Shown: positions 19,039 through 28,274 of the stretch, piece by piece
Layout of the letters: each line of letters begins with the position of its first letter
How positions within the stretch are numbered: the first letter of the stretch is position 1
Assembly: GCA_965248755.1 (NCBI GenBank)
Contig: OZ252149.1
Location: 3,488,001-3,552,000 of the forward strand
Source: Candidatus Latescibacterota bacterium
Lineage (GTDB): Bacteria; Latescibacterota; CBDEFO01
Length of the DNA: 64,000 nucleotides
Direction: 5' to 3'
Notes under the pieces: model-generated
What the model was told of the DNA's origin: nothing
What the model saw: the letters and a program-made list of their open reading frames with translations, nothing else
The model's database searches: none
Program-made: the position numbers and the translations under genes

Positions 19039-20574
19039 TCAGCGCGTCGGCGACGTCAATTCATACAGGTGCGGTTCGTAAGCGGTGAAGGTGTCGCGAA
19101 AGATATTTTTTTCCAGTTCGATCTGTCTGTTTTCGAAAGGGAGACTTACGCGCCGGTATGTGGACGCCGTCTTGAGAATAGAAATGGAAGCAGCGACAGA
19201 TTCAGGCGCAGTGTTAACGGCCAGCAGATACGACTTCCCGTCGTACTGGCGTACGCAATATTCAATTTCCGGGCGATCTATCCCCACCTCGAGTGGATCC
19301 GATTCCTGGGGCCGTGTAAGAATGGCAAATAGCGGCTCGATCTCGCGCGACAAGCCGGGAAATACCGACCAGAGCCGTGTGTGTTCCGGGCCGATTCCGC
19401 CATGGCCCATGTGAAAGATCAGGCCAGTGGCGCCGGCCATCAGAGCCAGGTAGGAGGCGCATCGAATCTCTTCGGCAGTCCTGTCGTCCGGACTTGGGAT
19501 AGAAGCGCCGATCCATAGAATAAGGGGCTTTCCGGGGCCGAGCTGTGACCTGATCTCTTTGAGGTCTTCGACAAGCCGCAGTATGAGCTGTGGGGCATAC
19601 GAACTCGGGCAGGCAATCTCAATGATGTCGGCTGAGTCTCGATACGGAGCATAAGGCGGCCCCTCGATCTGCAGAACGGTCAGATGCCTGGAATCCATGC
19701 CCTTGACAAGGCGGTTCAGCCTGCGCCATACGTCTGCATTGTTCAGTGGAATTCTGCCTTCCTCTCGATACAGGGGGTAGTTGCCTTCGTACTGGAGGAA
19801 CCAGTAGATGAACGTATCGTCGTCCTTCATCGCCTCAATGATGGGACGCACCGTCCGCGGCCAATCGTCTTCCTGAGGAACCAGGAATCGTGATTCTCCT
19901 TCTTCGTTGACCAGTCTTGAAATAACAGCGCTTGGTCTTTGCAGCGGGTTGGCTACGCACGAATCGGTGCGGTAAGCCATATTGAAACAATCCCGGGCAA
20001 AAGCAGGCGCCTCCCCGCCCGTGCTGGCGAAAAACAGGCAAAGTGGTGCGCCGTTGACAAGGATAATCCCGTCTGATCGAAGTTCGAGCTCCTCAATGCG
20101 CGGCGGTCTCTGTGCAGGCTCGATGGACTTTCTGATCAGGACGCGATGCATCGAGGCCAGTGTCCGTCCGTCTCTGTCCACCAGATGCGCGCTGACGACG
20201 TGTCGCCCAAGTTTCCAGCCGGTCATATCTACAGAGACGGAGTATCGAAGCTGATCTTCAACAAGTGGAATCGGTTCGGACGCCTCCGCCCGGCCGTCTA
20301 TCTCAAGTCTGAACGAAGCACCTTCGGAGGTCTCTGTCGTCAGAACGATCTGAGCCCGTTCCACATCGGGGGTGTAGTAGTACCTGGCCAATATCATTTC
20401 CATAAGAGCCGTAACCTCAAGTCGCATCGCAACTGTACGTAATTGTGGACTCGGTTGTCGTGACCACCAGAAAGCTTTAGAGAACGTTGGGGGAAGTCCC
20501 AGTTGCCCGGAGGGATTTCCTGTCACTGTTCCACAGTACGGCCAGGAACGACAGAATGGCTTGCCTTTCTTCAC
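19039..20574 (-). CDS. Glycoside-hydrolase-like hypothetical protein, probably 5'-truncated
   Basis: Long frame; IILVNGAP, EEIRCASYLALMAGATGLIF, YLLAVN, DTFTAYEPHLY; no convincing RBS, and the 5' end abuts repeat debris. Confidence 0.55.
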   Translation of the reverse strand: MKKGKPFCRSWPYCGTVTGNPSGQLGLPPTFSKAFWWSRQPSPQLRTVAMRLEVTALMEMILARYYYTPDVERAQIVLTTETSEGASFRLEIDGRAEASEPIPLVEDQLRYSVSVDMTGWKLGRHVVSAHLVDRDGRTLASMHRVLIRKSIEPAQRPPRIEELELRSDGIILVNGAPLCLFFASTGGEAPAFARDCFNMAYRTDSCVANPLQRPSAVISRLVNEEGESRFLVPQEDDWPRTVRPIIEAMKDDDTFIYWFLQYEGNYPLYREEGRIPLNNADVWRRLNRLVKGMDSRHLTVLQIEGPPYAPYRDSADIIEIACPSSYAPQLILRLVEDLKEIRSQLGPGKPLILWIGASIPSPDDRTAEEIRCASYLALMAGATGLIFHMGHGGIGPEHTRLWSVFPGLSREIEPLFAILTRPQESDPLEVGIDRPEIEYCVRQYDGKSYLLAVNTAPESVAASISILKTASTYRRVSLPFENRQIELEKNIFRDTFTAYEPHLYELTSPTR

Positions 20575-20654
20575 GTGGACCAGGCTGCGTCCTGACGACT
20601 AGCCGATCGCCGGTCGGGCGCGAGCTCCACATCGTCCCGCTTTTTTAAGACAGG

Positions 20655-20735
20655 GAGGCAGACCCGCGGGTCTGCATAGAACGATACGGTGGTCTAAAAC
20701 AACGCAGGGGCGAGGTTGTCTCGCCCCAGGGGTTG
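20655..20735. repeat. GTAG-type REP-like hairpins
   Basis: GCAGACC cgc GGTCTGC and GGGGCGAG gttgt CTCGCCCC; a similar GTAGGGGCAG...CTGCCCC lies at 26345-26370. Confidence 0.5.
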
Positions 20736-21024
20736 GGTTACCCAGTCCTACATTTGTCACAGGAAGATACAAAACTTCCGTGAGGATGTCAATCACAATT
20801 TTGTTGCCTGCTCTCAGTTGGGGAGCTTGGGGAGCTTATACTATAAACTTTTCATTTTTCATTTCATTTTCAATTTCCAAAAGTTCTATGCAAAACCTCA
20901 CGTAGCCCCCTTTTAATCACCAGCATAGCCTCCGAGCATGCGTGATTGTACTGTTTAAGTGTGTCTAAGCAGTGCATGTTAATGTACCGAGCATCCGACA
21001 AAGGGATTGACAAAAGTTGTTGGG

Positions 21025-21660
21025 CTATAACCATTGAGGAAGATTGACATTACCTCCCATTGTGCCATTGGCTGTACCGACGATTAAGAAATCTTTCTTG
21101 ATACTACCTTCTTCCAAAAAATTAACCTGTAGTTTTGCTTCAATGTACTGCAAACACCCATCATGAATTCTCTTTATTACCGTCTCAACTGGTAGAGGAC
21201 ATTCTTGGCCTTTCTCCAGTTTTAAGCCAAAGTGGTCCAACATTTTTTTCTTGAGTTCTTCTTCATAATAAAAATCGTGTGGATGTTCGAATCTATTCCT
21301 AAGACTGAAGCAAAGTCCAACCATCTTACTGCCCTGAATACCTGCCTGAATATCTGGAACTACATCCCCATAACCTTCACATATTTTGTAATCCTTCATC
21401 AAAGAGCATAAGCCTCTGATGAAGTCCTTGTTGAGAGAGTGACTTTTGTCGTTATGATCTTCTATATCTTTCGAAGTTAAAGCCTTTTCAAATTTTCTTA
21501 TTGGAGAAACCCCTTCTGTCTGATATCTTTCTGGTGCAATGAAGCTAATGCTGCCAATGTGTTTGTGAGACAGAGCGCTGTAGGGTCCCTTTAGCCGCCT
21601 GAACTTTTCACAATGAAACCTAAACCATTCCAGCATTTCCGTGTAGATATTTTCGTTCAT
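21025..21660 (-). CDS. AT-rich hypothetical protein
   Basis: AAGGAGAG RBS before ATG 21660; visibly lower GC than nrdJ. Confidence 0.6.
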   Translation of the reverse strand: MNENIYTEMLEWFRFHCEKFRRLKGPYSALSHKHIGSISFIAPERYQTEGVSPIRKFEKALTSKDIEDHNDKSHSLNKDFIRGLCSLMKDYKICEGYGDVVPDIQAGIQGSKMVGLCFSLRNRFEHPHDFYYEEELKKKMLDHFGLKLEKGQECPLPVETVIKRIHDGCLQYIEAKLQVNFLEEGSIKKDFLIVGTANGTMGGNVNLPQWL

Positions 21661-21838
21661 TGCTCTCCTTTTGCAATAAGCTGTACCGTTTTTATGTGAT
21701 ACGCCGGTAATGTCCCCTTTTCTGGGGTTGGATTTTGTTGTCCTTATGAAAGGGGTCAATACCAATAATGAAGATATAACCTAGTTCGACCAGTTTGGAA
21801 CATACATTTTTTGCCACGACCGCCTCTCTACTTGCCTC

Positions 21839-24562
21839 TTACGAACACCCGCTTGTGGCCCCGCAGTTGTGGCACTTGTAGCACGATCCGTTCCGGACCA
21901 TTATGGCTCCGCACTCGTGGCATGCAGGGGCATCGGCCTGAGTCAGGAATACCTCCTTTTCCCGCATCTCCACCTCTTTCATCGTCATCCCGTTCTCTTT
22001 GTGTAAGAGGTCGGATTCTGTATTATTCCCGTTGTCGCCCGGATTCTGATCTTCTTCAGGCAGAAACTTTTTCCCCAGCCACCTGAAGATATAATCTATA
22101 ACGGACTTGGCCATCGGGATGTCGGGATTGTTTGTGAAGCCCGCAGGCTCAAAGCGCATATGGCTGAATTTGTCCACCAACGTCGGCAGGGGCACCCCAT
22201 ACTGCAGCGCTATCGAGATCGCCGTTGCAAAGGAGTCCATAAGTCCTGATACTACGGAACCCTCCTTCGACATCACCAGGAATATCTCCCCCGGAGATCC
22301 GTCCTCGTACATCCCTACAGTGATATATCCTTCCTGTCCTGCTACACTGAACTTGTGCGTGATCGCCTGACGCTCGTCGCGGAGTCTCCTTCTGACAGGT
22401 CTGTACTCGATCTTTACGTTCTCCTGTTCTTCCTCCTTCTTTTCCTCTTTCTTATCGTCAGCGTCCAGACCCGTGTTTAAGGGCTGGCTCTTTTTGGAGC
22501 CGTCCCTGTATATCGCAATCGCTTTTAAGCCAAACTTCCACGCCTCGATGTAGGTCTCCATAATCTCGTCTGCGGTTGCCTCCTGGGGCATGTTCACGGT
22601 CTTGGAGATCGCTCCCGACAGGAACGGCTGTACAGCTCCCATCATCTTGAGGTGTCCCATGTAGTGGATGGACCTTTCGCCTTTTTGAGGACGGAAGGCG
22701 CAGTCGAACACGGGGAGATGTTCGTCCTTTAGCCCCGGCGCGCCCTCTATGGTGTCGCTTCGATCTATATAGTCCACAATAGATCTAACTTCAGTCTCAT
22801 CGTACCCCAGGTTCTTCAAAGCCTCAGGAACGGTGTTATTCACGATCTTTAAGAATCCGCCTCCGACGAGCTTTTTGTATTTGACTAACGCTATATCAGG
22901 CTCAACACCTGTCGTGTCGCAGTCCATCATAAATCCTATCGTCCCCGTAGGGGCCAGCACCGTCGCCTGAGCGTTCCTGATGCCCAACTTCTCGCCAAAG
23001 TCGTACGCCTCGTTCCACGTTTCTTTAGCTGTGTCCCAGAGCTTTTTGGAGAGGAGCTCTCTGTCTATGTTATCCACGTGATCGCCGTGCATCTTCATCA
23101 CAGCCAGCATCTGTTTCTTGTTTTTTGCAAACTCCTCAAATGGACCTATCCTGCCTGCTATAATAGCCGACTGCCTGTAAGCCCTCCCCGTCATCACAGC
23201 AGTGATAGCCCCTGCGTATGCTCTGCCTTCTTCGCTGTCGTAGGGCATACCCTTTGCCATCAAGAGTGCGCCTAAGTTCGCATAGCCCAAGCCAAGGGGC
23301 CTGAACTTGTGACTGTTTTCTTCTATCGCCTCGGTCGGATAGCTGGCGTTAGAGACGATTATCTCCTGGGCCGTTATCATAATATCCACAGCGTGGCAGA
23401 ACGACTCTATATCGAACTCCCCGTCTGAGTCCCTGAATTTCATGAGGTTTAGAGAGGAGAGGTTGCAGGCTGTGTCATCTAAAAAGACGAATTCCGAACA
23501 GGGGTTAGAGGCGTTGATTCTGGCTGATTCTTTGCACGTGTTCCATCTGTTGGTAGTCGTATCGAACTGGAGACCCGGGTCTCCGCAGACGTGCGCGCTC
23601 TCGCAGATCATTTTCATTAAATCACGAGCCCTGTAAGTGTCCATCACCTCTAAGGTGGTCACAACCCTGGTCTGCCACTCTTTGTCGTCCAGAACAGCGT
23701 TCATAAAGGCATCTGTGACTCTGACGCTGTTGTTGGAGTTCTGGAAGAATATCGAGCCGTAGGCCTCGCCGTTGAACGAGCCGTCGTATCCGGCGTCTAT
23801 TAAAGCCCACGCCTTCTTTTCCTCGTTCACCTTGCAGTTTATGTACTCCACGATGTCGGGGTGATCTATGTTCAGGATCACCATCTTGGCGGCTCTCCTT
23901 GTCTTGCCTCCTGAGCGTATGACTCCCGCAAAGGCGTCGTACCCCTTCATAAACGACACAGGACCGGACGCAATGCCGCCTGAGGAGAGATTCTCTTTGG
24001 AACTTCTAATTGGCGAAAGGTTCGTCCCCGTGCCGCTGCCCCACTTGAAGAGCATACCCTCAATCTTGGCAAGCCCTAAGATAGACTCCATAGTGTCCGA
24101 GACGGAATTGATAAAGCACGCCGAGGCCTGAGGCTTGGACTCAATCCCGATGTTGAACCACACCGGGCTGTTGAAAGATACCATCTGATTGGCTAAAAGG
24201 TGGGTCAATTCGTCGTAGAACGACTCGCCGTCCTCCTCAGATGCAAAATAGCCGTCCTTTATCCCCCAGTCCGCGATGGTCCTTGAGACCCGGTTTATCA
24301 GTTGCTTTACGCTCCTTTCTCTGTCTGGAGAGTCCATTTTCCCGTTGAAATACTTGGAGGTAACCACGTTCAAAGCAAGCTGAGACCAGGACTTTGGGAC
24401 CTCGACCTCCTTCTGCTCGAATATGACCTCACCCTTTTCGTTAGTAATCGAAGCGTCCCTCTCCTCCCACTCTATCGCATCGAAGGGATGTACTCCCACG
24501 GTTGTGTACATCCTGTCTATCTTCAAACCTTTGACTTTTACATCCTTATCGGTTGCCGGCAT
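21839..24562 (-). CDS. nrdJ: Class II (adenosylcobalamin-dependent) ribonucleotide reductase with C-terminal TSCPD and Zn-ribbon domains
   Basis: FNSPVWFN, SACFI, RRAAKM, SNPCSE, APTGTI, GAISKTVN, YRDG, terminal CHECG...CYKCHNCG. Confidence 0.96.
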   Translation of the reverse strand: MPATDKDVKVKGLKIDRMYTTVGVHPFDAIEWEERDASITNEKGEVIFEQKEVEVPKSWSQLALNVVTSKYFNGKMDSPDRERSVKQLINRVSRTIADWGIKDGYFASEEDGESFYDELTHLLANQMVSFNSPVWFNIGIESKPQASACFINSVSDTMESILGLAKIEGMLFKWGSGTGTNLSPIRSSKENLSSGGIASGPVSFMKGYDAFAGVIRSGGKTRRAAKMVILNIDHPDIVEYINCKVNEEKKAWALIDAGYDGSFNGEAYGSIFFQNSNNSVRVTDAFMNAVLDDKEWQTRVVTTLEVMDTYRARDLMKMICESAHVCGDPGLQFDTTTNRWNTCKESARINASNPCSEFVFLDDTACNLSSLNLMKFRDSDGEFDIESFCHAVDIMITAQEIIVSNASYPTEAIEENSHKFRPLGLGYANLGALLMAKGMPYDSEEGRAYAGAITAVMTGRAYRQSAIIAGRIGPFEEFAKNKKQMLAVMKMHGDHVDNIDRELLSKKLWDTAKETWNEAYDFGEKLGIRNAQATVLAPTGTIGFMMDCDTTGVEPDIALVKYKKLVGGGFLKIVNNTVPEALKNLGYDETEVRSIVDYIDRSDTIEGAPGLKDEHLPVFDCAFRPQKGERSIHYMGHLKMMGAVQPFLSGAISKTVNMPQEATADEIMETYIEAWKFGLKAIAIYRDGSKKSQPLNTGLDADDKKEEKKEEEQENVKIEYRPVRRRLRDERQAITHKFSVAGQEGYITVGMYEDGSPGEIFLVMSKEGSVVSGLMDSFATAISIALQYGVPLPTLVDKFSHMRFEPAGFTNNPDIPMAKSVIDYIFRWLGKKFLPEEDQNPGDNGNNTESDLLHKENGMTMKEVEMREKEVFLTQADAPACHECGAIMVRNGSCYKCHNCGATSGCS

Positions 24563-24586
24563 CTTGGACTCTCCCCTTTATGTGTT

Positions 24587-25108
24587 CTACTTATCCTGTT
24601 TTCTATTCATCCCAGCTATCTTTTTCAGAAGTTCGTTCTCAGACTGTGTCTTATCTTCCTTATATTCGCTGTCTATAATACCCAGCACCGGGTTCTCAGA
24701 CTGTGTCTTATCTTCCTTTATTATGCTGTCTATAATACCCAGCACCGGGTTCTCAGACTGTGTCTTATCTTCCTTTATTATGCTGTCTATAATACCCAGC
24801 ACCGGGTTCTCAGACTGTGTCTTATCTTCCTTTATTATGCTGTCTATAATACCCAACACCGGGTTCTCAGACTGTGTCTTATCTTCCTTTATTATGCTGT
24901 CTATAATACCCAGCACCGGGTTCTCAGACTGTGTCTTATCTTCCTTTATTATGCTGTCTATAATACCCAGCACCGGGTTCTCAGACTGTGTCTTATCTTC
25001 CTTTGTTATGCTGTCTATAATACCCAGCACCGGGTTCTCAGACTGTGTCTTATCTTCCTTTATTGTGTTGCCTAGCTCTCTCAAAAGTTCGCTTACAGAT
25101 TTATTCAC
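24587..25108 (-). CDS. Tandem-repeat protein (7.5 x KEDKTQSENPVLGIIDSII)
   Basis: GGAGG RBS plus GTG; same strand as nrdJ and ends 25 bp before it. Confidence 0.6.
   Translation of the reverse strand: MNKSVSELLRELGNTIKEDKTQSENPVLGIIDSITKEDKTQSENPVLGIIDSIIKEDKTQSENPVLGIIDSIIKEDKTQSENPVLGIIDSIIKEDKTQSENPVLGIIDSIIKEDKTQSENPVLGIIDSIIKEDKTQSENPVLGIIDSEYKEDKTQSENELLKKIAGMNRKQDK
24634..25064. repeat. 57-bp tandem repeat (VNTR), ~7.5 copies, no spacers
   Basis: Unit gttctcagactgtgtcttatcttcctttattatgctgtctataatacccagcaccgg with few substitutions. Confidence 0.97.
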
Positions 25109-25132
25109 TCTGTTAATACCTCCTTAATATAA

Positions 25133-25206
25133 TCAACCTAACTCTTACTTTCTTTACTCCGGCTCCGTATATAGAACTGATCCTCTATTTCTCCCATCTT
25201 TCTCAG
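25133..25206. repeat. Duplicate of the nrdR 3' end (25683-25756)
   Basis: 74 bp, 5 mismatches by eye, offset 550; the two copies flank the VOC gene. Confidence 0.9.
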
Positions 25207-25223
25207 ATCTGCTTTAATAACCA

Positions 25224-25607
25224 CTACCCTTTTTCGTGGTGAAAGAGCTGCAGATTGACGCCGTCAAAGCCGTCGAAGAACGCAAGGGTCATCCCCTCAA
25301 TGGGTTCGAAGGGTTCCTTTATAACCGAAATGCCCTTTCCTCTGAACTCTTCAGTCGTAGCTTCAACATCATCAACCTGAAAAGAAAGGTGATGTACTCC
25401 TGGGCGGTCCAATCCCTCGACTCCCTCAAATGCAGCGGCGGATATGAGTTCCAACTTAACATCGCCTGCATCCAGAAAGAGCACTTCTCCCTTCTCTCCC
25501 AGATCCATCCGTTCGGTCACCTTGAATCCAAGCTTATTGACGTAGAGATCTTTTGACTTTTTCATATCACTCACCAGCAGAGCTATTTTCCAGATCTTGA
25601 CTGCCAT
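25224..25607 (-). CDS. VOC (glyoxalase/methylmalonyl-CoA epimerase-like) family protein
   Basis: IALLVSD....LY...LGF, KLELI, GVHHLSFQVDD, AFFDG.DG. Confidence 0.88.
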   Translation of the reverse strand: MAVKIWKIALLVSDMKKSKDLYVNKLGFKVTERMDLGEKGEVLFLDAGDVKLELISAAAFEGVEGLDRPGVHHLSFQVDDVEATTEEFRGKGISVIKEPFEPIEGMTLAFFDGFDGVNLQLFHHEKG

Positions 25608-25687
25608 TTCGTTTCACCTCTGTTTGTGGAGTTATTGCATATGCGTAGCTGGTGCTTCAAGCCACATATGTACAAGATATATTCAAC

Positions 25688-26185
25688 CTAACTCTTACGC
25701 TCTTTACTCTGGCTCCATATATAGAACTGATCCTCTACTTCTCCCATCTTTCTCAGTTCGGCCAAGAACTCTCCCTTATCCTTGAAATCCCTGTAGACGG
25801 AGGCGAAGCGCACGTAGGCAACCTCATCTATATCCTTCAATTTGGATATAACCAGCTCACCGATCACTTTGGTGCTCACTTCCCTTTCGCCCAGAGCTCT
25901 GATCTCAAGCTCTACTGCATCTACAAGATCCTCTATCTGAGTTATGGATATAGACCTTTTCGTGCAGGCGATCCTTATCCCATTAAATACCTTATCACGG
26001 ATGAAAGGCTCTCTCCTACCGTCAGACTTTATCACATCTGTCTTGTAAAGCTCCACGTACTCATATGTCGTGAACCTCCGCCCGCACGATAGACACTCCC
26101 TCCTCCTCCTGATCGCGTTTTCTTCCTTGTTCGATCTTGAATCTACTACTTTATCCTCCACAGACTCACAATAGGGACATTTCAT
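25688..26185 (-). CDS. nrdR: Transcriptional repressor NrdR
   Basis: MKCPYC...VVDSR...IRRRRECLSCGRRFTTYE, ATP-cone, VAYVRFASVYR. Confidence 0.97.
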   Translation of the reverse strand: MKCPYCESVEDKVVDSRSNKEENAIRRRRECLSCGRRFTTYEYVELYKTDVIKSDGRREPFIRDKVFNGIRIACTKRSISITQIEDLVDAVELEIRALGEREVSTKVIGELVISKLKDIDEVAYVRFASVYRDFKDKGEFLAELRKMGEVEDQFYIWSQSKERKS

Positions 26186-26223
26186 CTCTTTTCCTTATTC
26201 AGTCCCCGATATAAGCAATCGGG

Positions 26224-26270
26224 GATCAATATGTAGTGCGGTTGATAATATACAATACTATATATTGTAT
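26224..26270. promoter_or_regulatory. Tandem NrdR boxes
   Basis: gatCAATATGTAGtgc (26224-39) and ataCTATATATTGtat (26255-70) match acaCwAtATaTwGtgt, 31 bp apart. Confidence 0.85.
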
Positions 26271-26275
26271 GTCAA
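26247..26275 (-). promoter_or_regulatory. Sigma70 promoter of the nrdR-nrdJ operon, overlapped by an NrdR box
   Basis: TTGACA-17 nt-TATATT on the minus strand. Confidence 0.8.
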
Positions 26276-26464
26276 GCCCTTATTTTAAGAAAAATGTAAA
26301 TTTTGTTCTTGGATTATAGCAGAAGAGGAGAAAGGTCATATCAGGTAGGGGCAGACCCGTGGGGCTGCCCCAGTCAGCAGTCCTCGATCCCCGATAGGCT
26401 CGATCTCTACTTGCAGGATGCAAAGAGGTAGGATATTAGTAATGGATGCAAGATGTGGTAGGCC

Positions 26465-28108
26465 TTAATCCTCGTACTTTGAAAACACTGGATCCTCTTT
26501 TGTGATTACTTCAAGGAGCGCGGGCCGTCCGGATTCTGTCGCCTTTTTGGCCCGATGGATCGCCGGGATGATGTCGTCCGGCTGTTCCACCCTCTCGCTG
26601 TAGCCTCCCAGTCCTTCGACGACTTTGGTGTAATTTCCGGATAGGAACTTGGTGCCGTAGCGTTCGGTCGCATTCGGGAGATATGTTTCGTATCCACCCA
26701 TCGCAGAGTTGTTCACGATAATCGTCAAAATCGGGATCTTCTCTCTCACAGCAGTCTCAAAGTCCATCCCCGCCATTCCGAAGGCGGCGTCGCCCATAAA
26801 GTTTACCACCATCTTATCCGGCGCTGCCAACTTTGCCCCCATTGCAAGGCCGAGGCCGTAGCCCAGCTGAGTCGATTTTCCCCAGCCGAGATAGCCCCTG
26901 GGTGCGATCGCCTCGAAGAACGGGGCCATCTGGTCTCTTGGATTGCCGGAGTCGTGCGTCACAATCGTGTTTTTTCGGTCTATGGTATGCATCAAATCCC
27001 AGATCACGCGATAGGGGTTGATGGGGACTTCGGATGATGTCAGCCTCGGCATCCACTCCTCAAGCCATTCGTCCTTGATGGCTTTTATTTCCTGAACCAC
27101 AGCGCCGTTCCCCCCTTTGCCTCGCTCCCCTGCCTGATTCTTGACCTCAGCTATCAGTTGCCCTAAAACAAGCTTCGCGTCGCCTACCACGGCGTGGTCT
27201 ATCGGATAGTCTTTGTTGATGTCCAGTTCGTTTATGGTCACCTGGACCATTACCTTGCCAGGGGGGATAGGTGCAGTCAGCGGCGCCTTTGAGAAGCTGC
27301 AACCGATCCCAAACACTAAATCAGCTTTTTGCAGAAAATGAGCGGCAGGCTTAGTTCTGGTATTCGCTACCATCCCGGAGGACAGGGGATGATTCTCGGG
27401 AAATGCGCTCTTCCCGGCCAGCGTTGTCATCACAGGGGCGCCGACCAGTTCTGCAAACCGAATTAGTTCATCGCACGCCTCTGCCCAGAGGACGCCCTGT
27501 CCGACGTGGAGGACGGGATTCTTTGTAGAGAGCAGTGCTCTGACCGCTTCCTTCACATCTTCCGGATCCGCTAGTGTCTTTGCTCTCCTGACTGGGCTAT
27601 AGTCAAGCTCGGAGTTGTCGAATTCCTCATCCATCACGTCTATTGGGATCTCCAACACAACCGGACCGGGCTTTCCGTTCCTGAGCAGGGTGAAAGCCCG
27701 TCTCAAAAGCTCCGGGACGCGATCTGCATAGTTAATCTGCGCCGTCCACTTTGTGATCCCTGCATAGCTTTGCACCCCATCGAAGTGGGGATGCACGCCC
27801 AACCTGTGTCGCGCGAATTGGCCCGGAAGCATCAGGATCGGTATGGAGTCTGAGAAGGCCTGCGCCACGCCCGCAAAGGCGTTTTCAGCGCCGGGTCCGT
27901 GTTGCACTGCGCATACGCCTGTGCGTCTGCCGTTCAAAACCCGCGTATATCCGTCCGCCATGTTCACAAGCGTACGTTCGGTCCTGGTCATTATGGGCCT
28001 GATCCCCACGCAAGCTGCGGCATCTATGAGGTGGTTATGCGGAAAGCAGAACATAAACTCTGTGCCCTCCTGCTTCAAGATATTTACAACGGCGGCTTTG
28101 CCTTTCAT
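26465..28108 (-). CDS. Thiamine pyrophosphate-requiring enzyme (acetolactate synthase large subunit-like)
   Basis: RTER..VNMADGY, GPGAEN, PGPVVLEIP.D, GDAAFGM...NN. Confidence 0.9.
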   Translation of the reverse strand: MKGKAAVVNILKQEGTEFMFCFPHNHLIDAAACVGIRPIMTRTERTLVNMADGYTRVLNGRRTGVCAVQHGPGAENAFAGVAQAFSDSIPILMLPGQFARHRLGVHPHFDGVQSYAGITKWTAQINYADRVPELLRRAFTLLRNGKPGPVVLEIPIDVMDEEFDNSELDYSPVRRAKTLADPEDVKEAVRALLSTKNPVLHVGQGVLWAEACDELIRFAELVGAPVMTTLAGKSAFPENHPLSSGMVANTRTKPAAHFLQKADLVFGIGCSFSKAPLTAPIPPGKVMVQVTINELDINKDYPIDHAVVGDAKLVLGQLIAEVKNQAGERGKGGNGAVVQEIKAIKDEWLEEWMPRLTSSEVPINPYRVIWDLMHTIDRKNTIVTHDSGNPRDQMAPFFEAIAPRGYLGWGKSTQLGYGLGLAMGAKLAAPDKMVVNFMGDAAFGMAGMDFETAVREKIPILTIIVNNSAMGGYETYLPNATERYGTKFLSGNYTKVVEGLGGYSERVEQPDDIIPAIHRAKKATESGRPALLEVITKEDPVFSKYED

Positions 28109-28274
28109 AATGTTCCTTTCTTTTTTTGATCGGTTAATCTTTTCCACAAGAAGTTCTACTGCTCTCTACTTGACGCCCACAAGTTCTGCTGCACCTGTTC
28201 CGAACGCTGTCGCTTTGCAATATCATTGCGTTCCTTCTTCATCCGTTCCAAACGCCAGTGGGTGTCCGAATAGA

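Noticed and set aside
16193..19332. Long plus-strand ORFs 16193..16975 and 18340..19332 (similarly 48342..49424, 54892..55689, 11281..11769)
   Set aside because: Antisense shadows of GC-rich real genes
24634..25064. CRISPR array
   Set aside because: Units are contiguous and near-identical with no unique spacers, keep a reading frame, and there are no cas genes in the window
24302..25127. Plus-strand repeat ORFs 24302..25075 and 24423..25127
   Set aside because: Shadows of the tandem repeat; they overlap nrdJ in antisense and lack an RBS
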